Below are positions 28,523 through 37,239 of a stretch of 48,871 nucleotides of DNA, one piece after another. The DNA is from Candidatus Krumholzibacteriia bacterium (GTDB lineage: Bacteria > Krumholzibacteriota > Krumholzibacteriia > WVZY01): positions 1 through 48,871 of the forward strand of contig JAZGDW010000085.1 of NCBI GenBank assembly GCA_036478295.1, read 5' to 3'. Numbering within the stretch: position 1 is the first letter of the stretch; each line of letters starts with the position of its first letter. The position numbers were made by a program, and so were the translations under genes. The notes under the pieces are model-generated. The model saw nothing but the letters and a program-made list of their open reading frames with translations. It was not told the origin of the DNA and did no database searches.

Positions 28523-28802
28523 GTTGACTCCTTTTGTCGTTGGACGCCTGTGTCACGGGGCATCGTAACTTGTTTGACAATAATATCCGCTCCCCGGTGA
28601 ACAAAGTTCTTTTGTATGGTGGGCTTGCGCGGTGCCCACCGGAGAGAGGACCGCCGGCGCAGGTAGGGGTTGAATTCCTCGCTTCAAGCGAGTACATTTG
28701 TTTTTTCTAAGCCGCAACGAGACACATCCTTAGCAGAGCCGGCCGCCCCGGGGCGCGCCGTCTTTAGCAGCGCAAGAAACCGATTCCAGGGGGCGAGATA
28801 TC

Positions 28803-29312
28803 ATGAAGGGAATCGCTATATTCCTGGCAGTGGCGTCGCTTGTCGTGGTCGCAGGTTGCTCGACCATGGCGGTGAACTCGGACTATGACCGTGACGCGGA
28901 TTTTGGGAAGTACCGTTCCTACAAATGGCTGGCCCGGACCGGGAATACCCGTGTCAGCCCACTGACCGACAAGCGGATCAGGACCGCGGTGGACGGTGAG
29001 ATGGCCGCGAAGGGCTACCGCAAGAGCGACGACGGCAAACCGGATCTGTGGATCGCCTACAAGGCGTTCGTCCGGAACAGAGTCGACGTTTCCACGTACA
29101 CTTATGGCTACTGGGGTCCGTACCCCGGCGGTGCGTACGTGGACGTGGACCGGTACAAGGAAGGCACTCTGGTTCTCGACGTGGTGGACCCGGAGAAGAA
29201 CCAGCTGGTGTGGCGTGGTTGGGCGCGTGGCGTCGTGGGCCGGCGTTCGGATCCCGAAGCCAGAATCAAGGAAGCGGTTCACAAGATAATGGAACGGTTC
29301 CCGCCGAAGTGA
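28803..29312 (+). CDS. DUF4136 domain lipoprotein
   Basis: Lipobox VAG-C; 'DYD..ADF..Y.SY', 'Y.EGTLV.D..D....LVWRG' motifs. Confidence 0.88.
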   Translation: MKGIAIFLAVASLVVVAGCSTMAVNSDYDRDADFGKYRSYKWLARTGNTRVSPLTDKRIRTAVDGEMAAKGYRKSDDGKPDLWIAYKAFVRNRVDVSTYTYGYWGPYPGGAYVDVDRYKEGTLVLDVVDPEKNQLVWRGWARGVVGRRSDPEARIKEAVHKIMERFPPK

Positions 29313-29387
29313 CGGGACGAGATTTTTTCTTCGTTTCCAGCCTGGATTCGTTGCCCTTCCGAATACCTTTGATTATCTTTTCTATCG

Positions 29388-30602
29388 ATGAACAATTCGC
29401 CCGACCATAAGAGCACGAAACGATCGACTATTCTCATAGTCGACGACGAATCCGTGGTAACGGAAAGCATCGCGGCGTTTCTCGAATTGGAAACCGACTA
29501 CAAGGTTCTGCAGTTCCAGTCGCCGCTGGAAGCGCTGCGGCTCGTCAAGGATACACCGGTCGACCTTGTAATCTCGGATTTTCTCATGCCGGAGATGAAC
29601 GGGCTCGTGTTTCTTGCCGAAGTCAAGAAGTTGTACCCGGAGGTCCCGCGCATCTTGCTCACCGGTTACGCGGACAAGGAGAACTCGATTCGGGCGATAA
29701 ACGAAGTCGGGTTGTTTCAATATATCGAAAAGCCGTGGGACAACGACCATTTCAAGCTCACCATCGAGAACGCGCTCGCCAGCAAAGGCCTGAACGAAAG
29801 CCTGGCAGCGCGCATTCGCGAGCTCGACCGCGTGCTGCGGGAACGGGACAAGTTAGCCGCCAGGGATGAGTTGCTTCGCGAGGAGCTTTCCATCGCGAGG
29901 CGCCTGCAGCACAACATGCTGCCGCGTGAACTCAACCTCGGCCATATCTCTCTTTCGGCAAAGTATTTGCCGGCGCTGGAAATCGGCGGCGACTTCTACG
30001 ACGTCATTCCGCTCGCCGGCGATCGCACGGGCGTGGTGCTCGCCGACGCCACGGGCCACGGCATTCAGGCAGCCCTCAGCACGGCGATCGTCAAGTTCGC
30101 TTTCTCGACCTTTGCGAACCGCGACGTCGGGCCGGGAGAGATCCTCACCGGTATGAACCGAACGCTATCGTTGGGGTTGCCCGCGGACACCTTCGTGGCT
30201 GCTTCTGTGCTCACCGTCGGCCCCGGTGGCCACTGCCACCTGGCCAATGCGGGTGTCCCTCACCCGTTCCTGATGCGACGCAAGAGTGGCGCTATCGAAC
30301 GGATCATCGCCAACGGCTTCGTCCTAGGTGTCTTCGACGATGACATGTACACCCACGATGCACCACAGGCTTTTACGATGGAGAGCGGCGACCGGCTGTT
30401 ACTCTATACGGACGGGCTGGGCGAACCGCAAAACGGCAAAGGCGAGCAGTTTGATTCCGAGATGCTGAAGCAGTCCCTTTTCGCCAACAAGGACAAACCC
30501 ACCGAAACGTTTTTTTCGAACATCGTCGAAGCCAGCCGATCGTTCAGCCGTGACGGCCACGATTGGGATGACATTACGATTCTCGGCATCGAGTTCAAAT
30601 GA
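29388..30602 (+). CDS. Response regulator fused to SpoIIE/PP2C (RsbU-like) phosphatase
   Basis: N-terminal receiver domain; 'IGGDFYD', 'ADATGHG', 'YTDGL', 'DDIT' PP2C motifs. Confidence 0.93.
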   Translation: MNNSPDHKSTKRSTILIVDDESVVTESIAAFLELETDYKVLQFQSPLEALRLVKDTPVDLVISDFLMPEMNGLVFLAEVKKLYPEVPRILLTGYADKENSIRAINEVGLFQYIEKPWDNDHFKLTIENALASKGLNESLAARIRELDRVLRERDKLAARDELLREELSIARRLQHNMLPRELNLGHISLSAKYLPALEIGGDFYDVIPLAGDRTGVVLADATGHGIQAALSTAIVKFAFSTFANRDVGPGEILTGMNRTLSLGLPADTFVAASVLTVGPGGHCHLANAGVPHPFLMRRKSGAIERIIANGFVLGVFDDDMYTHDAPQAFTMESGDRLLLYTDGLGEPQNGKGEQFDSEMLKQSLFANKDKPTETFFSNIVEASRSFSRDGHDWDDITILGIEFK

Positions 30603-30660
30603 CGTACGTCACTCGTATGCCATGTTCGCTACCATCGTTCCCACCACGGAGGACGGAATA

Positions 30661-32076
30661 ATGACCGCCGAACTGAAGTTTTCCGAACAGGTCGATCGTA
30701 ATTTCGACCGGGCCGCGACGTACACCAAGCACCCAAGCGGACTTCTCAAGCAAATCAAGATTTGCAACAGCGTGTACCATATGACGTTTCCCCTGGTGAG
30801 GGATGACGGCACCATTGAAGCGATTCAGGCGTGGAGGGCGGAACACAGCCAGCACAAGACGCCGGTCAAGGGCGGGATCCGGTACTCGTCCTCGGTGTCC
30901 CAAGACGAAGTCGTGGCACTGGCCGCGCTTATGACCTATAAGTGTGCCATCGTCGACGTACCCTTCGGTGGTGCCAAGGGCGGCGTCAAGATTTCGCGCC
31001 TCGACTATTCGCAGGCCGAACTCGAGCGAATCACCCGCCGATACACCTACGAGCTGATCCGCAAGAATTTCATCGGCCCCGGCATCGACGTGCCCGCACC
31101 AGACTACGGTACCGGCTCGCAGGAGATGGCCTGGATCCTCGACACGTACAACTCTATTGCGCCGCTGAAACTCGACTCCATCGCGTGTGTAACCGGCAAG
31201 CCCGTGTCCCAGGGCGGTGTGCGGGGCAGAACGGAAGCCACAGGACGCGGCGTGTACTTCGGCATCCGTGAGGCGTGCAGCATCAAGGAAGACATGAAGA
31301 AGCTGGGGCTAGAGGTGGGTCTCGACGGGAAGACCGTTGCCGTCCAGGGCCTTGGGAACGTAGGATACCACGCCGCCAAGTACCTGAGGGAGGGCGGCGC
31401 CGTGCTCATCGGCCTGTCGGAACGGGAAGGTGCCATTACCAGCGAGAAAGGCCTCGATGTCGACGACGTGATCCGACATCGCAAGGAGACCGGGTCCATA
31501 CTCGACTATCCGAAGGCGAAAAATCTGCCCGCTGGCACCCAGATTCTGGAAATCGACTGCGATGTTCTGGTGCCCGCCGCTCTGGAGAACCAGATCACAA
31601 TGGACAACGTCGACCGGATACAAACCAGGATTGTCGCCGAGGCGGCGAACGGGCCCGTGACATCGGAGGCCCACGAGCGATTGATCGGCGCCGGCAAGAT
31701 GGTGCTCCCCGACACCTATCTCAACGCGGGCGGTGTGACCGTGTCGTACTTCGAGTGGCTCAAGAATCTATCGCACATGCGTTTCGGCAGGATGGGCAAG
31801 CGCTTCGAGGAAAACACGAATACAATGATATTGAAAGCCATCGAGTCGACGTCCGGTAAGAAGGTCGCCACGGAGGTTTTCAAGAACATTGCCCACGGCG
31901 CGGATGAAGCCGACCTTGTCGATTCGGGGCTCGAGGAAACCATGGTGGGCGCTTACCATGAGATTCGCGAAATCCGCAAGCGGCACGACGACGTCTTCGG
32001 ACTGCGCACCGCTGCATTCATCGACGCCATCAACAAGGTGGCGACTTCGTACCTCGAGTTGGGAATATTCCCGTAG
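30661..32076 (+). CDS. gdhA: Glutamate dehydrogenase (Glu/Leu/Phe/Val family)
   Basis: KGGIRY, MTYK, FGGAKGG, DVPAPD, GR.EATG.G, QGLGNVG, EAANGP, NAGGVTVSYFEW; GGAGG SD before ATG 30661. Confidence 0.93.
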   Translation: MTAELKFSEQVDRNFDRAATYTKHPSGLLKQIKICNSVYHMTFPLVRDDGTIEAIQAWRAEHSQHKTPVKGGIRYSSSVSQDEVVALAALMTYKCAIVDVPFGGAKGGVKISRLDYSQAELERITRRYTYELIRKNFIGPGIDVPAPDYGTGSQEMAWILDTYNSIAPLKLDSIACVTGKPVSQGGVRGRTEATGRGVYFGIREACSIKEDMKKLGLEVGLDGKTVAVQGLGNVGYHAAKYLREGGAVLIGLSEREGAITSEKGLDVDDVIRHRKETGSILDYPKAKNLPAGTQILEIDCDVLVPAALENQITMDNVDRIQTRIVAEAANGPVTSEAHERLIGAGKMVLPDTYLNAGGVTVSYFEWLKNLSHMRFGRMGKRFEENTNTMILKAIESTSGKKVATEVFKNIAHGADEADLVDSGLEETMVGAYHEIREIRKRHDDVFGLRTAAFIDAINKVATSYLELGIFP

Positions 32077-32117
32077 TGGCCCGCGCGGAACGCCTTGCCG
32101 CGCCCCGCTTCCAGCCC

Positions 32118-32477
32118 TCACCCTCCACTTCTGGCCCCACCCTCCAGGTCGTCGAGAAACGCCACCGCCCGCCGCATGTGCGGGATCACGATCGAGCCGC
32201 CGACCACCAGCGCCACGCCGAACAGTTCGAAGAATTCCTCTCTGCTAACATCCTGTTCTCGACACGCCTGGACGTGATAGCGTATACAGTCGTCGCAGCG
32301 CAAGACCATGGAGGCGACGAGACCCATCATTTCTTTCACCTGCCCACTGAGCGCGCCGTCCTTGTATACGTTGCTGTCCAGGTTGAAAAAACGCTTGATG
32401 TGCAAATTATCCTCTTTGAGGATCTTGTCGTTCATTTCCTGCCGAAATGAATTGAATTCGTCCACGCTGTTCGTCAC
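32118..32477 (-). CDS. Carboxymuconolactone decarboxylase / AhpD-like family protein
   Basis: 'KEMMGLVASMVLRCDDCIRYH' (CxxC..H) and 'VGGSIVIPH'; GGAGG SD before GTG 32477. Confidence 0.88.
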   Translation of the reverse strand: MTNSVDEFNSFRQEMNDKILKEDNLHIKRFFNLDSNVYKDGALSGQVKEMMGLVASMVLRCDDCIRYHVQACREQDVSREEFFELFGVALVVGGSIVIPHMRRAVAFLDDLEGGARSGG

Positions 32478-32541
32478 GGTCGTCAAACCTCCTTTGCTCT
32501 TTCCGACGGCACACCGGCGTTTTGCAACACCACGTTCCGCG

Positions 32542-34161
32542 CTAATTGTGTTTATATTTGACCGAGCCGATCCCGTGCGGAAACAGTTCCATCGCTTCTT
32601 CTGACACTTTGGGCCAATGTAGCGGGATGTACACCCAGTAGCTACGGTCTTCGACCCAGTCATACCGAACGGATCCGAGATGCCGGTATCTCTTGGCGAA
32701 GCGAGGGTCCTCCGCAACGGCAAAGTGCTCCGGATAGAATCGAGTCGCGAACTGGCTCCGCGACGGAAAGATGACAATGTCCGGGCGGCGCCGATAAAAG
32801 TATTCCTTAGTAAATCCGTTCTTGGCGATATAGAGATCGGTCAGCGATTCCCTGTGGATGTCTATGGTCTTGAAACCGGAGTAATAGGGGATGACGCCGA
32901 CGTCGCTTATGGCTAGCACGGAGCCCTGAGGTAAATTATCGTGCAGCCACTTGCCCAGCACGACAAGGCTCTTTTGCTTGCTGGTCTCGGTGCGTTTCGT
33001 AATGACCCTCATATTGGCGAGACCGGAAAAACTGATGAGCAAAACCGCCGCCCCGCTCATCCAGAATCCGAGCAGCGCCCGGCGGTCTGCTTCCTCCTTT
33101 TTCTTGAACATGCGCGGCTGCGCGTGAACACCGGTTAGCAGGAACAACCCGACGATAGAGGAATGGTAACGCATCGCCGGCATCCAGTCCTTGAAGTTGA
33201 AATAGATGGCTACGTGCATCAGCGCGAGAAGAAGAGCGGCTGTCTCGGTCTTTCTATGCACCGCATTCGATCGCGACAGCATCAGGCCCAGGACACCGAC
33301 GATCCCGAGTGCCCCGAAGTAGTACCCAACGGGGGGATAATAGTCACCCTGTTGCTCGAAATAGATGGTCATGTTCTGAGCCCACGCGGTGAAAACCGAT
33401 TTGCCCGCGCCGCCCTTCGACAAGAACGGTGTCGGCAACACTTCACCAAAATATGAAATCCGCCAGGCATGGTAGATGCCGACGATCAAGACAAAGACTC
33501 CCAGCGCGATGACGAGGTTTCTTAAGCGCGACCGGTAGAAAGCGCTGTCCTCTTGCCTGCGTCTGCTGAGAAAAAAGATGATGGCGAGCACCGCAGGTAA
33601 AACCACGACCCCCTCCGGCCTGCACAGCGAAATCAAAACCCCGGTGAACGCCAGCAGGAGGTAGTAACGCAGGCGTTCGGTCGCAAAGATCAGATCGAGC
33701 CAGCCCACCGTCGCGAGGAGTAGCAGCGCATACAATGGCATTTCCAGGCCAGAAATCGCGTAGGTGACGAACGGTCCCGAACTGGCGAATAACAGGAGCG
33801 GAAAAACCAGCTGCAGCGCGGGCAGCCGCCGCCGGACGAGAATGACCCATAGAAGCAGGACGTTCATCACAGCGATGAACAGGCCGAGGTAAGGTGTGAA
33901 GGTGGGAAGCTCCAGCCCGGCCTTGTACAGTCCCGCACAGAGGAGGATCCACAGCAGGTTGCTGTACGCTTCGACGGGCTGCTCGTCAGTGTTGAAAGCC
34001 AGCCCCTCGCCCTTTGCCAGGTTTTCGGCGTAGCGAAATGAGATGTAGGAATCATCGGGCACGTATGGCATCATGAACAACGATGACATTACGCACAGGG
34101 CAAGCGCCGCCAGGAGTACCAGGGCAGATTGTCTTGTTGTTTCCATGCCGGTAAGTGCCAT
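32542..34161 (-). CDS. Polytopic membrane GT-C-like glycosyltransferase (arabinofuranosyltransferase/ArnT-like)
   Basis: 'DDSYISFRYA.NL..G.GL.FN', 'SGLE.PL', 'CRPEG', 'DWMP..RY', 'G.IPYYS' motifs; many TM helices. Confidence 0.7.
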   Translation of the reverse strand: MALTGMETTRQSALVLLAALALCVMSSLFMMPYVPDDSYISFRYAENLAKGEGLAFNTDEQPVEAYSNLLWILLCAGLYKAGLELPTFTPYLGLFIAVMNVLLLWVILVRRRLPALQLVFPLLLFASSGPFVTYAISGLEMPLYALLLLATVGWLDLIFATERLRYYLLLAFTGVLISLCRPEGVVVLPAVLAIIFFLSRRRQEDSAFYRSRLRNLVIALGVFVLIVGIYHAWRISYFGEVLPTPFLSKGGAGKSVFTAWAQNMTIYFEQQGDYYPPVGYYFGALGIVGVLGLMLSRSNAVHRKTETAALLLALMHVAIYFNFKDWMPAMRYHSSIVGLFLLTGVHAQPRMFKKKEEADRRALLGFWMSGAAVLLISFSGLANMRVITKRTETSKQKSLVVLGKWLHDNLPQGSVLAISDVGVIPYYSGFKTIDIHRESLTDLYIAKNGFTKEYFYRRRPDIVIFPSRSQFATRFYPEHFAVAEDPRFAKRYRHLGSVRYDWVEDRSYWVYIPLHWPKVSEEAMELFPHGIGSVKYKHN

Positions 34162-34245
34162 TCCGTGCCTCCGCGAAGTGTAAACACTACGATAATAACG
34201 AGTTCACTGCAACTCGGAAATCTTTGCGCGAACCGGCGCCCCGCC

Positions 34246-34941
34246 ATGAGAATCCATTCGCCTCATCAATGGAACTTGACCTATGCTGCAGCAGTGGCGT
34301 TGCAGGAGCGGCTGCGTGGGCAAGTACGTATCGAACCACTGCCGCTGCGGACGATTTGTTTTGTCGCAGGTGCTGACATCGCCGTTTCCAGTCAGCTGGA
34401 CCGCCTCATCGCCGCTGTCGTTGTGTATCGTTTTCCGGACCTCGAGCGCGTGGAGACTCGCTTCGCGAGTGTCAAGACGCGGTTCCCGTACATTCCCGGC
34501 CTGCTGTCTTTTCGTGAAATCCCCGTAATCATCGCCTGCTTTCGCAAGATTAAATCGCCGGTAGACGTAATCCTCTGCGACGGCCACGGGATCGCCCATC
34601 CACGGGGACTGGGACTGGCGAGCCACCTGGGTTTGCTGCTCAGTACACCGTCGATAGGATGCGCCAAGAGTCGATTGGTCGGTACGCACGATGAGGTGGG
34701 ACCCGGCCGCGGTGATCATACGCCGCTCCTCTACACTAACAGGCGGGTCGGCACGGTGCTGAGGACCCGGGACGGCGTCAAACCGCTGTTCGTGTCGCCC
34801 GGGCACCTGGTCGATCAAGCCGCTAGCCGCAGGATCGTGCTCGCTTGCGCAAAAGGCTACCGACTACCCGAGCCGACCCGGTGGGCCGACCGGCTGGCGG
34901 GCGAAGAACGGCGCCGCAGGGAATTGGTTGCTAAGCGGTGA
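34246..34941 (+). CDS. nfi: Endonuclease V (deoxyinosine 3' endonuclease)
   Basis: GADIA, 'FPYIPGLLSFRE' wedge, 'DGHGIAHPR', 'GCAKS', 'LPEPTR'. Confidence 0.95.
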   Translation: MRIHSPHQWNLTYAAAVALQERLRGQVRIEPLPLRTICFVAGADIAVSSQLDRLIAAVVVYRFPDLERVETRFASVKTRFPYIPGLLSFREIPVIIACFRKIKSPVDVILCDGHGIAHPRGLGLASHLGLLLSTPSIGCAKSRLVGTHDEVGPGRGDHTPLLYTNRRVGTVLRTRDGVKPLFVSPGHLVDQAASRRIVLACAKGYRLPEPTRWADRLAGEERRRRELVAKR

Positions 34942-35737
34942 GCACTTTGCCGAGGCGGAGTTGCCGGATGAGCTGGTAGGCGTACGCGTGCTGCTCGAGC
35001 ACCTTGAGTCCCTCTTCTTCTTCGCCACCCAGGTGATACTTCCAGGACGTGGCGAAGTAATCGTATAACAGGGTGCCGTCGTAGGGAGACGTGCGCGCAA
35101 CGCCGTCCGAGAGCAGCGACAGGTTCTGGATTCCGAAATTGCGCGAAGAAGCGAGTAATTCCTGCAAGCGGTTGCCCAACCCCTCATCGTTGTATGCCCA
35201 CAACGACAGGACCAGCGGCTCCGGAAAAAGGGCCGCCCACATCTCGCCCAGATCGTACAGGCGGACGTTGCCGTCCGAGTGCTCCAGACAGTAATCGAGC
35301 CCCCGGTCACCCGTCAGCAGCACACCGTCGTACCCTTCGCACCACTTTTCGGGGTCACCTTTGAACACACAGAAATCCGGGGTGTTGTCGTAGAGCTTAT
35401 CGAGTACGATACGCAGGACGGCGAGCGGGGTACGGCTGTTCTCGTTGACGGCAACCCGGCCCATGGAGGACGGATCGCCGCCGGTGACCAGGATCAGCGA
35501 CCGTGTGTGCATGCCGCCGATCAGAGCGGGTCCGTGGATATAGTCTCGCCCCACGCCTCTGAGGAATTCGATACTCGGGATCAACGCCGCGTCCAGGTTG
35601 CCCCGATCGAGCCTCTCGGCCAGCCGACCGGGCTCGTCGTACACCAGATCGACCTCCGCACCCGAATTGCGCATCAGCCCGAACACTAGCGGACGGGCAG
35701 CCAGATGGCCGGGGGCGCCAATTCGGAGTTTTTTCAC
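34931..35737 (-). CDS. mqnA: MqnA-like chorismate dehydratase family protein (futalosine pathway), divergent
   Basis: 'LDAALIPSIE', 'SRT...LRI', 'LLTGDRGL', 'DLGEMW....P.V..W' family patterns. Confidence 0.75.
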   Translation of the reverse strand: MKKLRIGAPGHLAARPLVFGLMRNSGAEVDLVYDEPGRLAERLDRGNLDAALIPSIEFLRGVGRDYIHGPALIGGMHTRSLILVTGGDPSSMGRVAVNENSRTPLAVLRIVLDKLYDNTPDFCVFKGDPEKWCEGYDGVLLTGDRGLDYCLEHSDGNVRLYDLGEMWAALFPEPLVLSLWAYNDEGLGNRLQELLASSRNFGIQNLSLLSDGVARTSPYDGTLLYDYFATSWKYHLGGEEEEGLKVLEQHAYAYQLIRQLRLGKVLTA

Positions 35738-35781
35738 GGCTAGATTCCTTTGCCAGAGTGTCCCGTCTCGAAAACGCTTTG

Positions 35782-35810
35782 CTTATAGCACCGGGCCGGA
35801 TTTTGTGCAA
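35782..35810 (-). promoter_or_regulatory. Putative sigma70 promoter for the mqnA-like gene
   Basis: Minus strand TTGCAC-N17-TATAAG with extended -10 TG. Confidence 0.5.
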
Positions 35811-35940
35811 GAATTATCCAGGCAGGTGCAACAACCGTGCCGGGCAGGATGGTTGATGACCGAAGTCCTTATCGGATAGAATCTTTCCTGGGCTAGGCAG
35901 ACCCGGTTTCGACCGCCGTTGCCGGTAGGGGGGAGAGAAT

Positions 35941-37239
35941 ATGGTCACCAAGGAGGCGCGCCGGGGCTCCATGGCGCCCCTGAAAAAGTTAGCTCTTTTC
36001 GGGTTGCTCCTGGTTTTCGGCCTTTCCTTCTTTGGACTGGTGAGAAACAACACCTTCTGGAACTCCGGAGATTATTCCTACCTGGAGCAGGCCATCGAGA
36101 TGGATCGATCCTTCGGCCACGTCTTCACGTCCGTTCCGTTCCAGCCGTTCCAGCCGTTTGTGAAGCTCGTCTTCTTTGTGGAGTATTCGTTCTTTGGCCT
36201 CGACGCCTGGAAGTACTACCTCTTCAACGTTGTGGTACACACCCTCAACGCCTTCCTCGTTTTTTTCCTGGTATTCACGCTTCTAAGAGATCGGGCCATC
36301 GCGATTTTGTCAGCACTGCTCTTTGTGTTTGCCGTCGGCAATTACGGCAAGGCCGTCATGGTCGTATCGGGCATCAGCGATCTCTTGATAACCCTGCTTA
36401 CTCTGTCGACACTCCTGCTCTACTTCAAGAACGAGCTTGAAAAGGGAGGCCGGGCCTCTTCCGTCTGGTACATCGGGTCACTGGTTTGTTTTTTCTTGAG
36501 TTTAATGACCAAGGCGACTTCGTTCAGCATTCTTGGCTGCATGTTCGTTTTTCACGTGTTCTTTCGTTCGGAGATCAACAAGCGGACCTGGAATCGGAAC
36601 TTCGTGACGATAGCGCTAGTGGCGTTCGCCGCTCTTGTCATCAAGTTGAGCGTGTTGCCTGATGTCGCGTCTCAGAAGGACTTTGTGTTCGGCGGGTTTA
36701 CATTCTTCAGAAATATAGCGAGTTACGTTGTTCGTATGATTTTTCCCATACATGGCTCTAGCCTGGTCACTCACACGGGCCCCGTGGTGCAGTTTCTCTA
36801 CAGGGTCGCGACCGAGATTCGAGTTCTTACATTTCTCTGTATCGTATCCTATTCCGTTTTCGGATTCATCTTCGGCAACCGTACCATTCGTTTTTTCATC
36901 GCCTGGACCTACATCACACTTTTCCCGTTCTGTTTCTTCAAATTTCCCAGCGATTGGTTGAACATTCGTCATCTTTACCTGGTTTCGGTGGGTTTTGTCA
37001 TGATCCTCTCCTCGGCCACAGTACTTGCCTCCCGCCTGCTCTACCAGAAGGCCTGGCGCCGCTTTTTGCCCTACAGCCTGCCGTTGCTCTTTGTTCTATT
37101 GTCGCAGTTCATTGTCTACCACCTGGACAAGAAGTACGAGCTGACGGCGCAATCACCGCAGATCGAGAGCCTGAGACAAGAGTTTATGGAGAAATACCCG
37201 CAGGAACTCGGGCTGGACGCGCCGGCTCAGAGGAGATAA
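35941..37239 (+). CDS. Polytopic membrane protein, GT-C/PMT-ArnT-like
   Basis: About 11 TM segments; N-terminal 'FWNSGDY', 'YYLFNVV.H.LN', 'LMTK', 'RHLYL' patterns seen in GT39-like proteins. Confidence 0.6.
   Translation: MVTKEARRGSMAPLKKLALFGLLLVFGLSFFGLVRNNTFWNSGDYSYLEQAIEMDRSFGHVFTSVPFQPFQPFVKLVFFVEYSFFGLDAWKYYLFNVVVHTLNAFLVFFLVFTLLRDRAIAILSALLFVFAVGNYGKAVMVVSGISDLLITLLTLSTLLLYFKNELEKGGRASSVWYIGSLVCFFLSLMTKATSFSILGCMFVFHVFFRSEINKRTWNRNFVTIALVAFAALVIKLSVLPDVASQKDFVFGGFTFFRNIASYVVRMIFPIHGSSLVTHTGPVVQFLYRVATEIRVLTFLCIVSYSVFGFIFGNRTIRFFIAWTYITLFPFCFFKFPSDWLNIRHLYLVSVGFVMILSSATVLASRLLYQKAWRRFLPYSLPLLFVLLSQFIVYHLDKKYELTAQSPQIESLRQEFMEKYPQELGLDAPAQRR

Noticed and set aside
28620..28760. Possible tRNA or riboswitch in the YVTN/DUF4136 divergent intergenic region (ggggttgaattcctc; hairpin ctcgct-tca-agcgag)
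   Set aside because: No cloverleaf, no TTCGA T-loop and no riboswitch consensus that I can support; an Infernal/Rfam scan would settle it.
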